Source: Botryllus schlosseri (lineage: Eukaryota). Taken from it: DNA of 64,000 nt. A program made the position numbers and the translations under genes. The notes under the pieces are model-generated. The model was not told the origin of the DNA and made no database searches. It saw only the letters and a list, made by a program, of their open reading frames with translations. The stretch is from contig CM119372.1 in the NCBI GenBank assembly GCA_051294905.1, positions 7,628,001 to 7,692,000 on the forward strand, in the 5' to 3' direction. Shown one piece after another: positions 50,201 to 62,289 of this stretch (the stretch's first letter is position 1; each line of letters opens with the position of its first letter).

Positions 50201-53200
50201 GCTAGGATAGACAAAGCCTCGCAATAATTGGCACAACGGAATCGTCATTACATTACAGGTACTATATTTCATGAGAAAAGCCTTTTTAACTTGGGACGCG
50301 CCATAACTGTTGGCAAAGGGTGCTGTGCGTTAGAGAGGCCTACACAAAAATAGCAAAATTGGCATGGACAACTGCAGTACACATTACCAAGCATAAGGAA
50401 ACGCCCATGTCACAAGTCTATTTATTTCCGACTTGGATACATACCAGTCTAATATTTGACAAGTGATCGACGTAACGTATCTGCACGCATCACTAGAGAC
50501 ACACTATCACAAAATAACTTAGTCGCATGCCAACGAGAATGTAATGTCGATAAATGACAATGCTATACTGTATCCATAGCCTAATGGAATAGATATTTCT
50601 GTCACCCGTCACACATTTCCACAAATATTGAATGTTAGCACAGAGCTTGTCAGATAACACAAAATGACAACCCTGTTTCTGTGCAAAACAATCAGAAAAT
50701 AGTCAATGGAGAAGCCCCAAGAATTCATACACACTTATATTTCCAAGTAAAACGCACACCCGCGAACAATCATACTTATATCCATATACTTACAACTGAT
50801 TTTAAGACTCTCTTGATAGTGAATAACGAAATATTCCTGTTTAGATTGTAGTTTCCTGAGGTCATTGTCGGTGTCACGAGTCATGTTTGCCAGTGTTTCG
50901 AGCTCCTGGTTTATCCGAAGCACCTTCTCGGTATGTTGCGAGAGATGCGTCAACGCACCGCCGTCTCCTAGCTGTTAAAACACACCGAGCGTTTGCACAG
51001 AGTGCATGAAAAACAACACAAAAGCTGCATCACTTACCGAGTTTGATTGATTGACAAAACTGGACTCAGTTGCTAAAATCTTTTTGGCGGTTCTGACCAA
51101 TTCCAATGGAGCTGGACCGTAAATATTCTGCAATGATGGAATATCGGGCTAAATTATAATTGCCGGTAACGGAATCTCAGACGTATGCTCATAGAGTCAA
51201 ACCGAAATGGCAATATGTATGCAGAATAACAAACCCGTCTCAAGTTATCATTTGCAGGGAAACTGAACTATGAATCATCATAACAGGATAGATTGACAGA
51301 TTTTATTTCATGTTACCGGAATATCAATAAAGCTCCAGTATGCACCGACGCAGGTGCCACCTGCACAAGTTCCCAGCGGCAATATTTGGCAAGAGGATAC
51401 AATAAATGTATAAACCATAAAGGTAGGTAACTGGAGTAAAAAATATTTGATAGAAATCTCTTTTACCATAGGATATCATCTCCGGCACGGAATTAGTGAA
51501 CCAATGCACTCAAAAATAGAACTACATCAGCGGAGAACACTGGTGTTCGAATCAACGCTAAATCATTATACCTAACTGCTTACACTTGAAGACAGATTAG
51601 CGCAAATCACAAATTACATGCAATGCGCCATCCAGCTGTTCATTATGATATCTGTTTTGATAAATTAGATTTAAAAAGTCATCGGGTTTCACCCTTCCAT
51701 TAATCTTCATATAGGTAACTGCACTGCAGACTTGATTTACGACGTCCCAGATAAAATATTTACAAAGCGCACCTTGAAATGGTTAGCGATCTCACTGAAA
51801 CGCAGTCTTTGAAGGAAATCCCGCGCCTCTGTGAGACTGTCGCATTGTCTTTCAATATCGGTCAAGAAGGTGTCCAAAATATGCCTCGCGTGAAGTTCAT
51901 CGTTGATATTATCCGGGTCTAATTGATCCCTGGTGGAAAAAGATAAGTCTTGGTGATCGAGTGGTGGGGAGCCAAAAAAGACATTGCACAGACCATCGCC
52001 TGCTTTCAATGAGATCGGCGAAATAATGACGGAATTCAATAGGAAAATTCGGACCGTACAGGTTCTGAAGTTGTTGCAATGCATCTCCTTCCAACTCCCG
52101 TACTTGGGCCCACAACGACATCCCAGAGCCTTGATTGTGGTCTAAAAAGCAGGAACAGGATGAAGCGGCAATTACAAACTGTAGTGTATAGCCTACATTT
52201 ATTAAGATATTGAAATTGCACATCTTGGAGGGGTCACGTCATGGTGATGCATATTTTATCAGCATAGACAGAGTTATCGAATTACCAACTATGGACCCTA
52301 CTCGCGATGATTTAGTTTATTGTAATTCCCCACAATGTATGTGGGTGCATGTTCAATATAACTGATAAAAAGTTGTGCTGATTGTGCAGAAGAATGGCAA
52401 ATCGCAAGTAGCGAGAAAAGATTTTGTCAAAAGACTCATGAGCATGAATATTGCTAAAATAGTTGAGCATATGCCTGTATTTATATTTTGACTGTATCTT
52501 AGCCTGATTTAAATTTCGTTGAAATGCCCAAGACCAAGCTAAAACTAAAACTAAAAAGCTAATCAAAAAAGTTACGATTATAAAATTTCAACTCAATAGC
52601 AATAACACCATTGAAAGAGTGATTAGATGTAGCCCATGAAACGGACGACTAGGAGATCCCCTATCTAGACTAAACCCCAAGGCACAATTTAATGAGAAGA
52701 ACCATAATCGGAATTGTGAAAAGAAAACCAAGGAAGTCAATAAGTATGAAATTGTAATAAAAATGTGATCGAAAATCACAAAAATTAGTAATACAAAGTT
52801 GTAAATAAATTACTAGAATCCTAGATCTGTTTTAGAAAATAAGAAAGGTTTGCGATTTTGTAAATCAAAACCAAGTGGGCTAACACTACACAGTTCTAAT
52901 TATCAACTCAAGCATAAAATCTTTTTGACCTTAAAATTGTGCTTGGTGTTAATTGCTTCATGCATGGGTGGACACCTCTTCCTGGGTAAATATTTCAATC
53001 CAACAAAAACCACCATTCCTCAACAAATTTTATAGTGCATTTCTATTGTATTATGTATTTTCTCAACTTGCTTCTCAGACGCTAGACGCTACACAAAGAT
53101 TACAAAGATGAAAGACTAATAATAATATACATACATACAGGGGTATGGTCGATACAGCTACTGTTATACACACATTAATGATGCCATACAAAGAATCAAT

Positions 53201-53606
53201 AACAAGCATTGTTATATAACATATAATTGTGGAAAAAAGAGACCAATTGCCATACGTTAGGAAGTAGGCCTACTTTGATATAAAAAGGATTATCCATAAT
53301 AAAGTTGCATAACAAAATAGCCTACTTGGAAGCCACCAGAGCGCAGAAAACTGATTACAGGCAGAATTTGACATGCACATTAACATAATAATGCAAATTG
53401 TGTGCGAGCTTATTGCAAATAGCGACAAGGAATGAAACCACATGACGTAATTCACAAAGTAAAAAAATTAACCTTAACGTCATCATCAACATTCCACATC
53501 CATGAAATTTTCGAACCGAATCTACCATAAAGAAAATACACACTTTACCTATCCCGGCCGGTTCCATCTTGATATTAGACATGCCATTTGGCCCATTTCG
53601 CTGCAT
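32243..53606 (-). CDS. STAT5-like: STAT transcription factor, STAT5-type, ~833 aa, 19 coding exons with one mutually exclusive pair
   Basis: Exons (minus): 53606-53549, 52141-51994, 51929-51773, 51127-51038, 50971-50794, 48589-48453, 48089-47938, 47549-47394, 45693-45517, 43133-43040, 42977-42855, [40724-40632 or 40584-40486], 39785-39644, 38749-38596, 36886-36753, 35574-35398, 34096-34030, 33962-33828, 32372-32243. All are GT-AG with consistent phases. Motifs: MSLWAQ...[14 protein letters not shown] (N-domain), [19 protein letters not shown] and [11 protein letters not shown] (DBD), FTFWQWF (linker), [13 protein letters not shown] (SH2), DGYVK (phosphotyrosine), DVNELLR (STAT5-like tail). 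Confidence 0.95.
34683..34910 (+). mobile_element. MITE with telomere-like internal repeats (degenerate copy)
   Basis: Same family as 56241-56536 (GGTTGCCCGACATATGAGCATGCGAC...CGGACC). It contains CCCTAACC-like repeats. Confidence 0.7.
36217..36550 (-). mobile_element. TAGGGTTACC-family hAT MITE (inverted)
   Basis: Reverse-complement homolog of 9365-9680, with exact TSD CCTAATAT (36209-36216, 36551-36558). Confidence 0.85.
37016..37484. mobile_element. AT-rich MITE related to 57866-58484
   Basis: TACGGCTGTTCAAAAATAAC / GTTATTTTTAACAGTCCTA termini with near-TSD GTGTGTAT/GTGTATAT. Confidence 0.6.
37510..38553 (+). mobile_element. AAGTA-repeat hAT MITE in a STAT intron
   Basis: TIR CAGAGGTGGTCA / TGACCACCTCTG, exact TSD AGGCCTAC (37502-37509, 38554-38561) and AGTAG/TACT subterminal arrays. 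Confidence 0.88.
40486..40584 (-). CDS. STAT5-like: STAT DBD exon variant B (STAT1-type NVSQ): [33 protein letters not shown]
   Basis: 99 nt, phase 0/0, acceptor tttctctttgcattcag preceded by a ctaac branch motif, donor gtaccg. It is an open paralog of variant A with 19/31 aligned residues identical. Confidence 0.82.
40632..40724 (-). CDS. STAT5-like: STAT DBD exon variant A (STAT5/6-type): [31 protein letters not shown]
   Basis: 93 nt, phase 0/0, acceptor tttctaccag, donor gtaaac. It matches the STAT5 segment [28 protein letters not shown]. Confidence 0.93.
44708..45267 (+). mobile_element. hAT MITE in a STAT intron
   Basis: CAGTGGTTCTCAAC / GTTGAGAACCACTG with TSD AACCAGCC/AACCAACC. Confidence 0.78.
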
Positions 53607-56240
53607 AATTCACAATTTCTAGCCTTCGGTAGAACTCAGCGGGAAAGAAAGCCAGGCAATTATCCCTGGCCGCTATGAAAAGATAGCAAATTATAGATAA
53701 AATTAAAGGATCAAATTGTACACTATCAGAACTTCAACACTAGTGATTAGAAAAATATGCACCTCGGACAGAAGGGACACGGGTCTTGGCAGCACGGTCA
53801 GCTATACTATACTATATCCAACATTGCTATAACTGGAAATAGGCACAGCGAGCCACAATTAAACCGTCTGAAAACTGAAACTGCTTAGTGCTATCACTAT
53901 TATTTACAAGGTACGGATGCGACGAGTCAGTTGCTAATGATAGCGCATTTCGGTTTTTATAAGCTAACAAATCATTGGCGTAACGAGAGATCGAAATAAC
54001 TAGGACGTAGCGAGCAAACAACAACTTCCGCCAACGCTGTAGGAAAATCCGAAGCGCTGATTACATCTCGCCGCGATGCTGCAGCGAGCCTTGCGGCGCC
54101 GACACTGCCGAGAGCGTGCCATTGTTCCAGCGCGCGATTTGAACTCAGTTTCCTGTATGCGAATGCACGATCCAATTAATTTTTACTTCTTTCAATAGTT
54201 CGCTACAAGCGGGTAACCTTCAGTTTCGATATTACCCTGTCTCGCGGCTAACAAACACGAATAGTTAAGTGGCACCGTCACAAGCCGACCGATTGCGTAC
54301 GGGCTGATATTTAACGTTCCTAGCTACATAATACAGCACGATAGCTACTATACGCAGGCTGATACGCAACGCATCGATCGATTTTTGGAAGCATGGAATA
54401 TGACGTTTTGCATATGCCGAGCGAATCTTTTGTTAATACGTCTTTTGTACTCGCCCAAAAATAGTCGGGAACGCGTCACGCCGATGCGTATGCCGAAATC
54501 CTAGCCTAGACTGACAGCGAATCCCGCGACGCTGATTTATAGCGTTTGTGATTAAGCCAAATAAGGCGTAAGATGGAGGCAAATCCGAAAATGTCATCGT
54601 TTTACGGTTGCTGTACAAGTGTACTGTACATGACTTTATAGAAGCCGAAAAGAAGCCTTGCAAAAGCAATTAATCGAGTCGAGCGCATTAGTCGCCCGAG
54701 GCTAGGGTGCCCAAGATTAAACAAGCTACCATCATTCTCCCCACTAAACTATTAATCGCCGTTGACTATTTAATGTGTAGTGTGTGCCGTACTTGGTACA
54801 CACTGACGTAGATCTGCACGAGAGCCTGCACCACCGCGACTAGTAAATATGCCTTTCCGTAGAAATGCGGACTGAGGTATAGCGGAGAAGTATGGAAATC
54901 TGCAAATAACAGCTCCATACTGACATCTCACTAATAGAAGCACGACCACTGCGAGATTCGCGGCGAAACTGATGCTTTAATAGCGTGGCAGAACCCGTAT
55001 GACATAAGGCTCAAGGCGAAATAACGCTAACGGAAAATTCGAAATGCACGCGAGACTATTACGACCTGTTTTGATTTAATAATACCAATTCGACACGAGA
55101 TTATGACGGGCGTAATATAAAAATAAACTGGCCGTGACTCTGCTGGTGAGGAGTCCAAAACGAATCGGAGGCGATGATTAATTACTCTAGCGAGGGCAAT
55201 CTTTCTTCGCAAACTTACCGCTTTAAATGGGAATCGGGAGGAAATAATATCCGCGCAGGCGCAACAATTGCAAATTTCCTCGTGTACGGGCACCAAGTTA
55301 TTCTTTCTAGCACAACAATTTAGCCATGTGAAATCGGATCTCGACTTCCGTCTTGAAGCATGATCATTATTATATAAGTTTATTAATTTTTTACTTATTA
55401 ATTCAACCATAACTTATTTTCCAGTTGTAGGCCTACTCAGGCTGCAGTTGACTTGACGATTTCGCATTACTTCACTGAGACACCTAATCGTTTTTGCACT
55501 ATTTTGATCAATTATTGTTTAGAGTGGACTGTTGCTATAACAAAATAAACTTGATTGATTTATTCTAGAAATTAGCCTTTTGAAGTACTGGCATGGCGTT
55601 GGTGGAATAAAGGTTAGAAGTAAAATAAGTAGTTAAGCTCAAATAAAACATTCGATCATGTGTGTGACGTAATTAAAAACAAGAATACGTTTATCGCAGA
55701 CCGATTCGTCGCAACAAAAGGTCAGGCATTGAAAACAGGGGTGCCCAACTTTTCCCAGATGGGCTGCGTAACTACGTCTGCATTACACTATTAGCTTACT
55801 CACAACCACCGAAGACCTTATCATCGCTCAAACTGTCAAGATTCTGCGCAGTGTATATTGAGGTGCTGCCCTTTAGCATTGGAAAGTCAGAGCTTGTACT
55901 GGCTTATTGTTTGGTGTATTACTGAGCAATGATTTAATATTTTAACATCCTTTTTATTAGGACAATAATCACCAAAGAACATTTGGTTGTAATCTGCCCG
56001 CGACATACATAATGGTTGGAAGAATATCCTTGCTACTTTTTGCTGATAGATGGTGAAAAAACCAACAAAGCTGACATGTTTGTTTATTATTACTATTATT
56101 TCCCAGGCAGGTTATGAGCACTTAAAAAAGTTTTAAATATTGGTTGCATAGGCACAGATTCTTATCTTTTTTAATCAAGTTTATGGTTGAATGTTTAAAT
56201 TATTTATTTACATCTATTGCCTAGACCAGGGGTTATTTAG

Positions 56241-56536
56241 GGTTGCCCGACATATGAGCATGCGACACAATGGAAAACGACAGTTCAGCATGGAACACAT
56301 CAGCATGCGTCACTTCAGCATGTGAGTGTATAACCCAATAACTTACCCTAACCCGAAACATAGCATAACCTAACCTAACCTAGCCTAACCTAACCTAAAC
56401 CCTAACCCAACCATAAACCTAACCTAACCTACCCCTAACCCGTAATTTAACCCACATGCTCATGTGACGCATGCCAAATTGTCGCATGCCGAAGTGTCGC
56501 ATGCTGCAATGTCGCATGCTCATATGTCCACGGACC
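56241..56536 (+). mobile_element. MITE with 9-bp TSD (Mutator-like) and internal AACCT/AACCCT repeats
   Basis: Exact 9-bp TSD GTTATTTAG (56232-56240, 56537-56545). Imperfect TIRs contain GACATATGAGCATGCGACA / TGTCGCATGCTCATATGTC. An (AACCT)n array lies at ~56345-56445. Confidence 0.8.
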
Positions 56537-56754
56537 GTTATTTAGATATGTATCAAGCTATAGGTCTTAAAAATGAGCTATGCTTGGAAATCCTAAACTA
56601 AACTAAAAAAGTTACCATGCGCAAATGCCAGCCATGCATGACATTCCACACCTGCAATCAACTACATAACCGCCAAAAAAACAAGGCTGAATAGCGGAGA
56701 CCACAAATACTTGAAATCAGAGCAGCTCAAATGAATAAGATTATCAGACTAGAT

Positions 56755-57152
56755 CAGTGGTTCCCAACGTGGGCGATATCGCCCCCCAGGGGGCGATTTG
56801 GCGGTCTAGGGGGCCGAAAACGACGAAGGGGGCGATAGGGGGGTGAAAATGGACAAAGGGGCGACAGGGGGCGAAAATAGCAAAGGGGCCGATAAGGGGG
56901 CGACACGTCGCGTTAAAACGGCTATATCGGAGTCAAGTCGGAGAAATGACCTTTTTATTTTTTTTTTTAGGTAACCCACGAAAAATTGGTTGCAAAAGAG
57001 TAAAACTCGGCATCGAGCCTCTTTTTTTTAGTCAACCCACCGGTGATATTACAGTTTGTATGCCCATTTTTCGGTTCACAGAATTTGGGGGGCGATGATC
57101 AGTGTTGAACTTGAAAAGGGGGCGATGGGTCAAAAAAGGTTGGGAACCACTG
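56755..57152 (+). mobile_element. hAT MITE with GGGGCGA repeats
   Basis: CAGTGGTTCCCAAC / GTTGGGAACCACTG with exact TSD GACTAGAT (56747-56754, 57153-57160). Confidence 0.88.
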
Positions 57153-57865
57153 GACTAGATGAATATAATTATATGTATTCCGCAGAATTAAATCCTCTCC
57201 CCCTCTCTCTACATAATTAAGTATAAACTGAATTATTGGGCAAAAGGAGTCGATGAGAAGGGTGCACACTGCACAGCTGCATGAAGATGTGGAATTTTCG
57301 GTAGTATGCTTTGATACAATAGTAAGTGTCGTTTTGAGACATTGGTCAATAAGCCCCACTCTCTTCTCTTTAGCAAAAAGCATACTAAAATAGTGTAGAA
57401 ATGGAAATTCTCGCATTTACCTGATTTCTTTTCAAATATACATCAAGATTATCAAACCGTCTTTAATAGAAGTGCTATATACCATTTTTGATGTTACACA
57501 CGTTGTACCATCACTAAATAAACCACCCATAATACTATACTACTTTTACTTGTTCTTCGACCAATGATGCACCGGTATTCAGAAAAATAGAAAGAATTTA
57601 TAGAATGATAATTTCAGGTTAACCCAGAAATATACTAAGGTAGCTTCCAGATTCTAGCACTGTTTGGATCAGGGTTCATTAAATACATGGCTTGAGACCA
57701 ATTGCTCAACACATATACTGCATGTCGCAGGAGCTTCAATAATATCTAGCAAAGTTTATTTCATATCATTTATTTAAATATGCATGATTACCTTTCTATA
57801 TCAGATTTCTGTCATTTCAAGTAAAAAATAATTATAATCTCAGGTAAATCATGTACACTGTACAG

Positions 57866-58484
57866 TAGGGCTGTTCAAAAATAACCTTTTTTCCTGAATC
57901 TTGCTGGTTACTTGATTAAATCGTTACGTTGCCTTAAAAAACGACGCACACCAAATTTGAATTCATTCCAACCAATATTCGCGAATTTCGTAGAGTTTGA
58001 AAATTTTGAATTTGCCTAAAAATGCCAAAAATTTTTTTTTTCAAATTTTCCTTCCAACCTTATGAAATTGTTGCGCTGTCTTCAAAAACAATGGAAAACA
58101 AATTTGACTCAATTCCAAGCAGCAGAAGCGGAGTTATTCAAGTTTTTTGATGAAAATTCTGGGATGATCCACCAATCAAGGATAATCCCAGAATTATCAA
58201 AGAAAAACTGAAATAACTCCACTTCTACGGCTTCGAATTGAGTCAAATTTGTTTTGCATCGTTTTTGAAGACAGCGCAACAATTTCATGGGGTTGGCAGA
58301 AAAATTTGAAAAAAAATTTTTTTTGCATTTTTTGGCAAATTCAAAATTTTCAAACTCTACGAAATCCGCGAATATTGGTTGGAATGAATTCAAATTTGGT
58401 GTGCGTCGTTTTTTAAGGCAACCTAACGATTTAATCAAGTAACCAGCAAGATTCAGAAAAAAAGGTTATTTTTGAACAGCCCTA
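57866..58484. mobile_element. Near-perfect palindromic (hairpin) hAT MITE
   Basis: TAGGGCTGTTCAAAAATAACC...GGTTATTTTTGAACAGCCCTA, with ~300-bp arms that are reverse complements almost to the centre. Exact TSD CTGTACAG (57858-57865, 58485-58492). Confidence 0.9.
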
Positions 58485-58795
58485 CTGTACAGCATGAAGG
58501 AAATATTGTTCTGAATCACTGTTCTTTTGAAAGTAGACTGTCACATAAACGTGATCAACTGAAGTGCAACAATTGTCTGTCAATAACAGACTTGGATACT
58601 TGATTATCAGATGACAAAAATTGATGTAACCTACCGTGTCAGTGCTGGTGAATTATACCCATTTGGTATTTGCCAAGTTACAAATATAAATATCCTATAC
58701 CTGGCAATCTTCTGTTGTGTACACTTACACACACATGCACAGAAATTGTGTCACGCCTAACGATGTTTATTTATAGTACGGTACATTAATTAGTA

Positions 58796-59731
58796 CAGTG
58801 GTTCCCAACCAGGGGGGGGGGGATTTTGAACTTTTTAGGAGGGAATCTGGCTTTGGCGTTGTATCGGAATATACTCTGGGTTCACATTGTATGGTGAGTA
58901 GCGTAGTGGTATAATCCACAGCTGCAACACCAATAGCTTGTGGGTTCGAGTCCGACCGAGGACAATTCCAGAATTCCTGCTTAAGTGTTTGGGGTTTATC
59001 TAGGCTCCTCCTTGCCATCTAATCCGTGTAAGCGGTGTCTCATAAAATCCTAGAATAGGGCCGTGCTATAAGTCGGCAGCTACGGTAAAAAAAAGAAGGA
59101 AATTGGAATGGTGTAAATGCCCATAGTAGTCAACACACACCATGCACACCTTAAAACAAACATACTGGGTTCACAAGGTTTTTAGATTTTATGGCAGAAC
59201 TCTCAAGTAGAAACTAGTTATTTACAATTGTATGTTTCTTTGGCGGATTTTAAGCTGGGTGTATGTTCAAATGCCTTCCGTGCATATTACACCCCCTGGT
59301 AAAGTGAGGCCCCCGAGACGATTTCGTCGGGCCCGCGACAGCCCCTCGACCTAATTGCTACTAAGCAGGAAAAAGTCCAGCCGAATTCAGCGCAAGGCCG
59401 CTACCTTTTCAAGCCAACATATGAGCTAACGTGAAAAACATCAAATTCATCGACACGACTCAAGGCCATAGCAAGCGGACTTGGTGATTTGTTTTTCGTC
59501 CGCGGCTACCCGACAGGTAAAAATGAACAAGTCAAATTTAGCTGTACTTTACCAAAGTGTAGTGCGGTCCGCATTCGACATAGTTCGGACATATCTGAAT
59601 ATGTTTGGCGAGTAATTGCTCAGTCAACAAATGGTTGAGCGCTAAAAAGCACCTTTTTCATAGGGGGGGGGGAATTTTAGCTCAAATATCGGCCAAGGGG
59701 GCCACGAGACGAAAAAGGTTGGGAACCACTG
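58796..59731 (+). mobile_element. hAT MITE carrying a tRNA-derived SINE-like insert
   Basis: CAGTGGTTCCCAACC / GGTTGGGAACCACTG with exact TSD AATTAGTA (58788-58795, 59732-59739). Confidence 0.85.
58893..59160 (+). mobile_element. tRNA-derived SINE-like sequence
   Basis: A-box TAGCGTAGTGG and B-box GGTTCGAGTCC at tRNA-like spacing, followed by a non-tRNA body. The 3' boundary is uncertain. Confidence 0.55.
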
Positions 59732-62289
59732 AATTAGTACATCATCAGTTGCGGTTAGTTCTGAAATTGCACAGACTGGGCATGCATGCTTTGCAACAAT
59801 ACTTCACTAAAATAAGTGAAAAACTTTCACCGAATGGCAGTTAGGGCATAAAGTCACTGATGCCTCAATTAATACATATAATATCAGTCACTTATATATA
59901 TTTCCTCACCTCGAACAATAAAATAACTTGACTATGGCCTCATCAAGATGTGGAACTAGCAATGGAAAGAGTTCGTCTGTTGAATAGAGGCAATAATCTT
60001 GAGCCTGTTGAGTATTAATTTTACTAGTTGCACGACAACGCTGTATAATACAATACATACATCAAACCCATTACCCATGTAATACAACACATGACCGAAA
60101 GATATTCTGGTTGCATATTCTGTTCCAGTTGCAAAATTTATCAGGTATAAGCGTATAACGTTGAACAGTTAACAGTGTCAACAGCAACAATACCACCGAA
60201 ACTTTCGAGAAATGAAGGTTGTGGATGAAATTTCTCTCTACCAAAATAATCGAACTTGGTCTGCACACCTCAACACCGCATTAAAGCAATATCATAGTAC
60301 AATGTCGTTATATAACTGACATTGGGCTGATTGTAAAACATCACTATAGGCCAAGATAAATTATTTTTCAGCAATGTAAGAGAGAATTGGATCCTAGGGA
60401 GCCAACCCGTAAGTCATAACCCAAACTTCATGATATTGCATGTCTGTGGCACAGATCTATACCAAATTCAGCATCCCTTGACATTGTTGTCAGATTCCAA
60501 TCATGAAAGTATGACAGCAACATCCCACAATAATGCCAAATGCCATTAAATAATGCCGAATTCGGAAATATTGAAGAATACTATCATATAGTGTGTATCG
60601 GAAAGACAGCGAAGATAGGTTGCAACTCTATAGAAGATTCGCTGTTTTCTTCGCAATGGATCATGGCATTTTGTAATCAACAGCCCTGAGCGACATTTTT
60701 ATATCCCTCAAGTAAGGACTTTCAGAGGTTTCAACATTTTAAGGTATTTACAATAGGATGTGCTATGAATTCTGTGTCATCAAGGGAAAATCATTCAGAT
60801 GAGAAATATAACAGCCAACACTTATCATATGAGTGATGACGATAGCTCCTTTTTGTTTACATCAATGATACTGGAATTACCTATGACAGGAATGTCGAAC
60901 AGACGATTTCATCCTGCCTGCAAGACATTGACTCAAGTTCACGTTCATGATAACTTGATTAGGCAGAATAGACTAGACCCGAATGGTGTCCAAGCGACAG
61001 AACACTGGTGCTTCAATCGGTATGGGTGGGGACATGCGAGCATGCGACGCGTGAGTATGTAGGTGAAAGTTAAGGTTTAGTTTTGTCACTTTTGTGATTA
61101 TAAAGTGGCATTCTCAAGTGTTGCATGCTCAAAATGTCGGACAACCGTTTAAATACATAGTACGCGGGTAGCATAGCAATAAAATACGCATGGAACTGAA
61201 TCACGAAATTACATGTAAATCTATGAGCCATAAAAGCCACGGTACCCAAGGACTCTTCCAGATACATTCAAGCATGTGCAATTGTACGTATCTTTAAGCA
61301 ATCACATAAATTTTGCCAATGGCACACTCTAATGCAGATCTGAGGGAACTCTGACATTCCTGGGCAGAGCTTTCTAAAGGTTGTTGTCGTCGTCTGCCCC
61401 CTACTGGTAGATAGTTCGTTGTAATCGTCTACTTGTGTGATTCTCAGCCGTATTCGTACCGGGTAGCGGGCAGTGATGAGAGGATAGTGTTTTTCGATAC
61501 TCCGAATCCCTCTGACAACTTTAGTCTCTGAGGAAAACTCCCTCCGACTCCGAAGAGCTCAATCCCAGACTCCGAAGAATCTCGTCAAGTATCCGAAACA
61601 TCCATATCAGTAGAGTTCGGCTATTCAATAACATTGTCGAAGAATCCCAAATGTACAGCTCCGCTGAGAACAGCTATGCACTAGGATATCACTAGTTGTA
61701 TCTCTGAAACAGAACGAGAGAAAAAATTAATTTAAGACTGTACGTGCAAGCATCAGGAAGGAACTAGCAAGGGTAGCACACACAGAGAACACCGTTAACT
61801 TGAAGCAGTGTAAATGAAGTTCATCTCCCTTAGGAGGTATTGCATCTAAGACCCAAAAATATCGGGGGAAAAAGTTACAAGACTCCGAAAATCTCCGAAA
61901 AAATATCTGTATTAAACTCCGACTCCGCTCCGAGTGTCACAAAATCGGCAAAACTCCGCTCCGAATCCATCACTCCGACTCCGCTCCAATGCTCATCACT
62001 GGTAGCGGGCAAACAATCGTATCACAAAATATGACGGATGGGCGCATTAGCAAATAAGTCGGCCCGGATCTTTTGAAATAAATACGGCCCACGAACTAAT
62101 CTTCCCCTGATTGATAATAACGCCATAGCCTTTATAAAGGCTATGATAACACTGTCGATTATAAAACACACCAACAAGGCAAAATTTAATGTAATTCTTC
62201 ACCACAGGGTGATCTAGGCCGGGTGCAACTACAGATATGTTAACACGGTAATTTTACTGAAAAAGAAATACATTTACCATAGTCGTTTA

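Noticed and set aside
54855..54864. TTC-N4-GAA site upstream of STAT suggesting autoregulation
   Set aside because: A single degenerate motif is expected by chance, and the promoter position is unknown.
58893..58975. tRNA gene (also the similar head at 7255-7331)
   Set aside because: A and B boxes are present but I could not fold a convincing cloverleaf, and both continue into SINE-like bodies.
61330..61705. Exon-like minus-strand segment after a strong acceptor (ctctcgttctgtttcag)
   Set aside because: Only short ORFs and no clear donor. It could be a UTR exon, but that cannot be supported from sequence alone.
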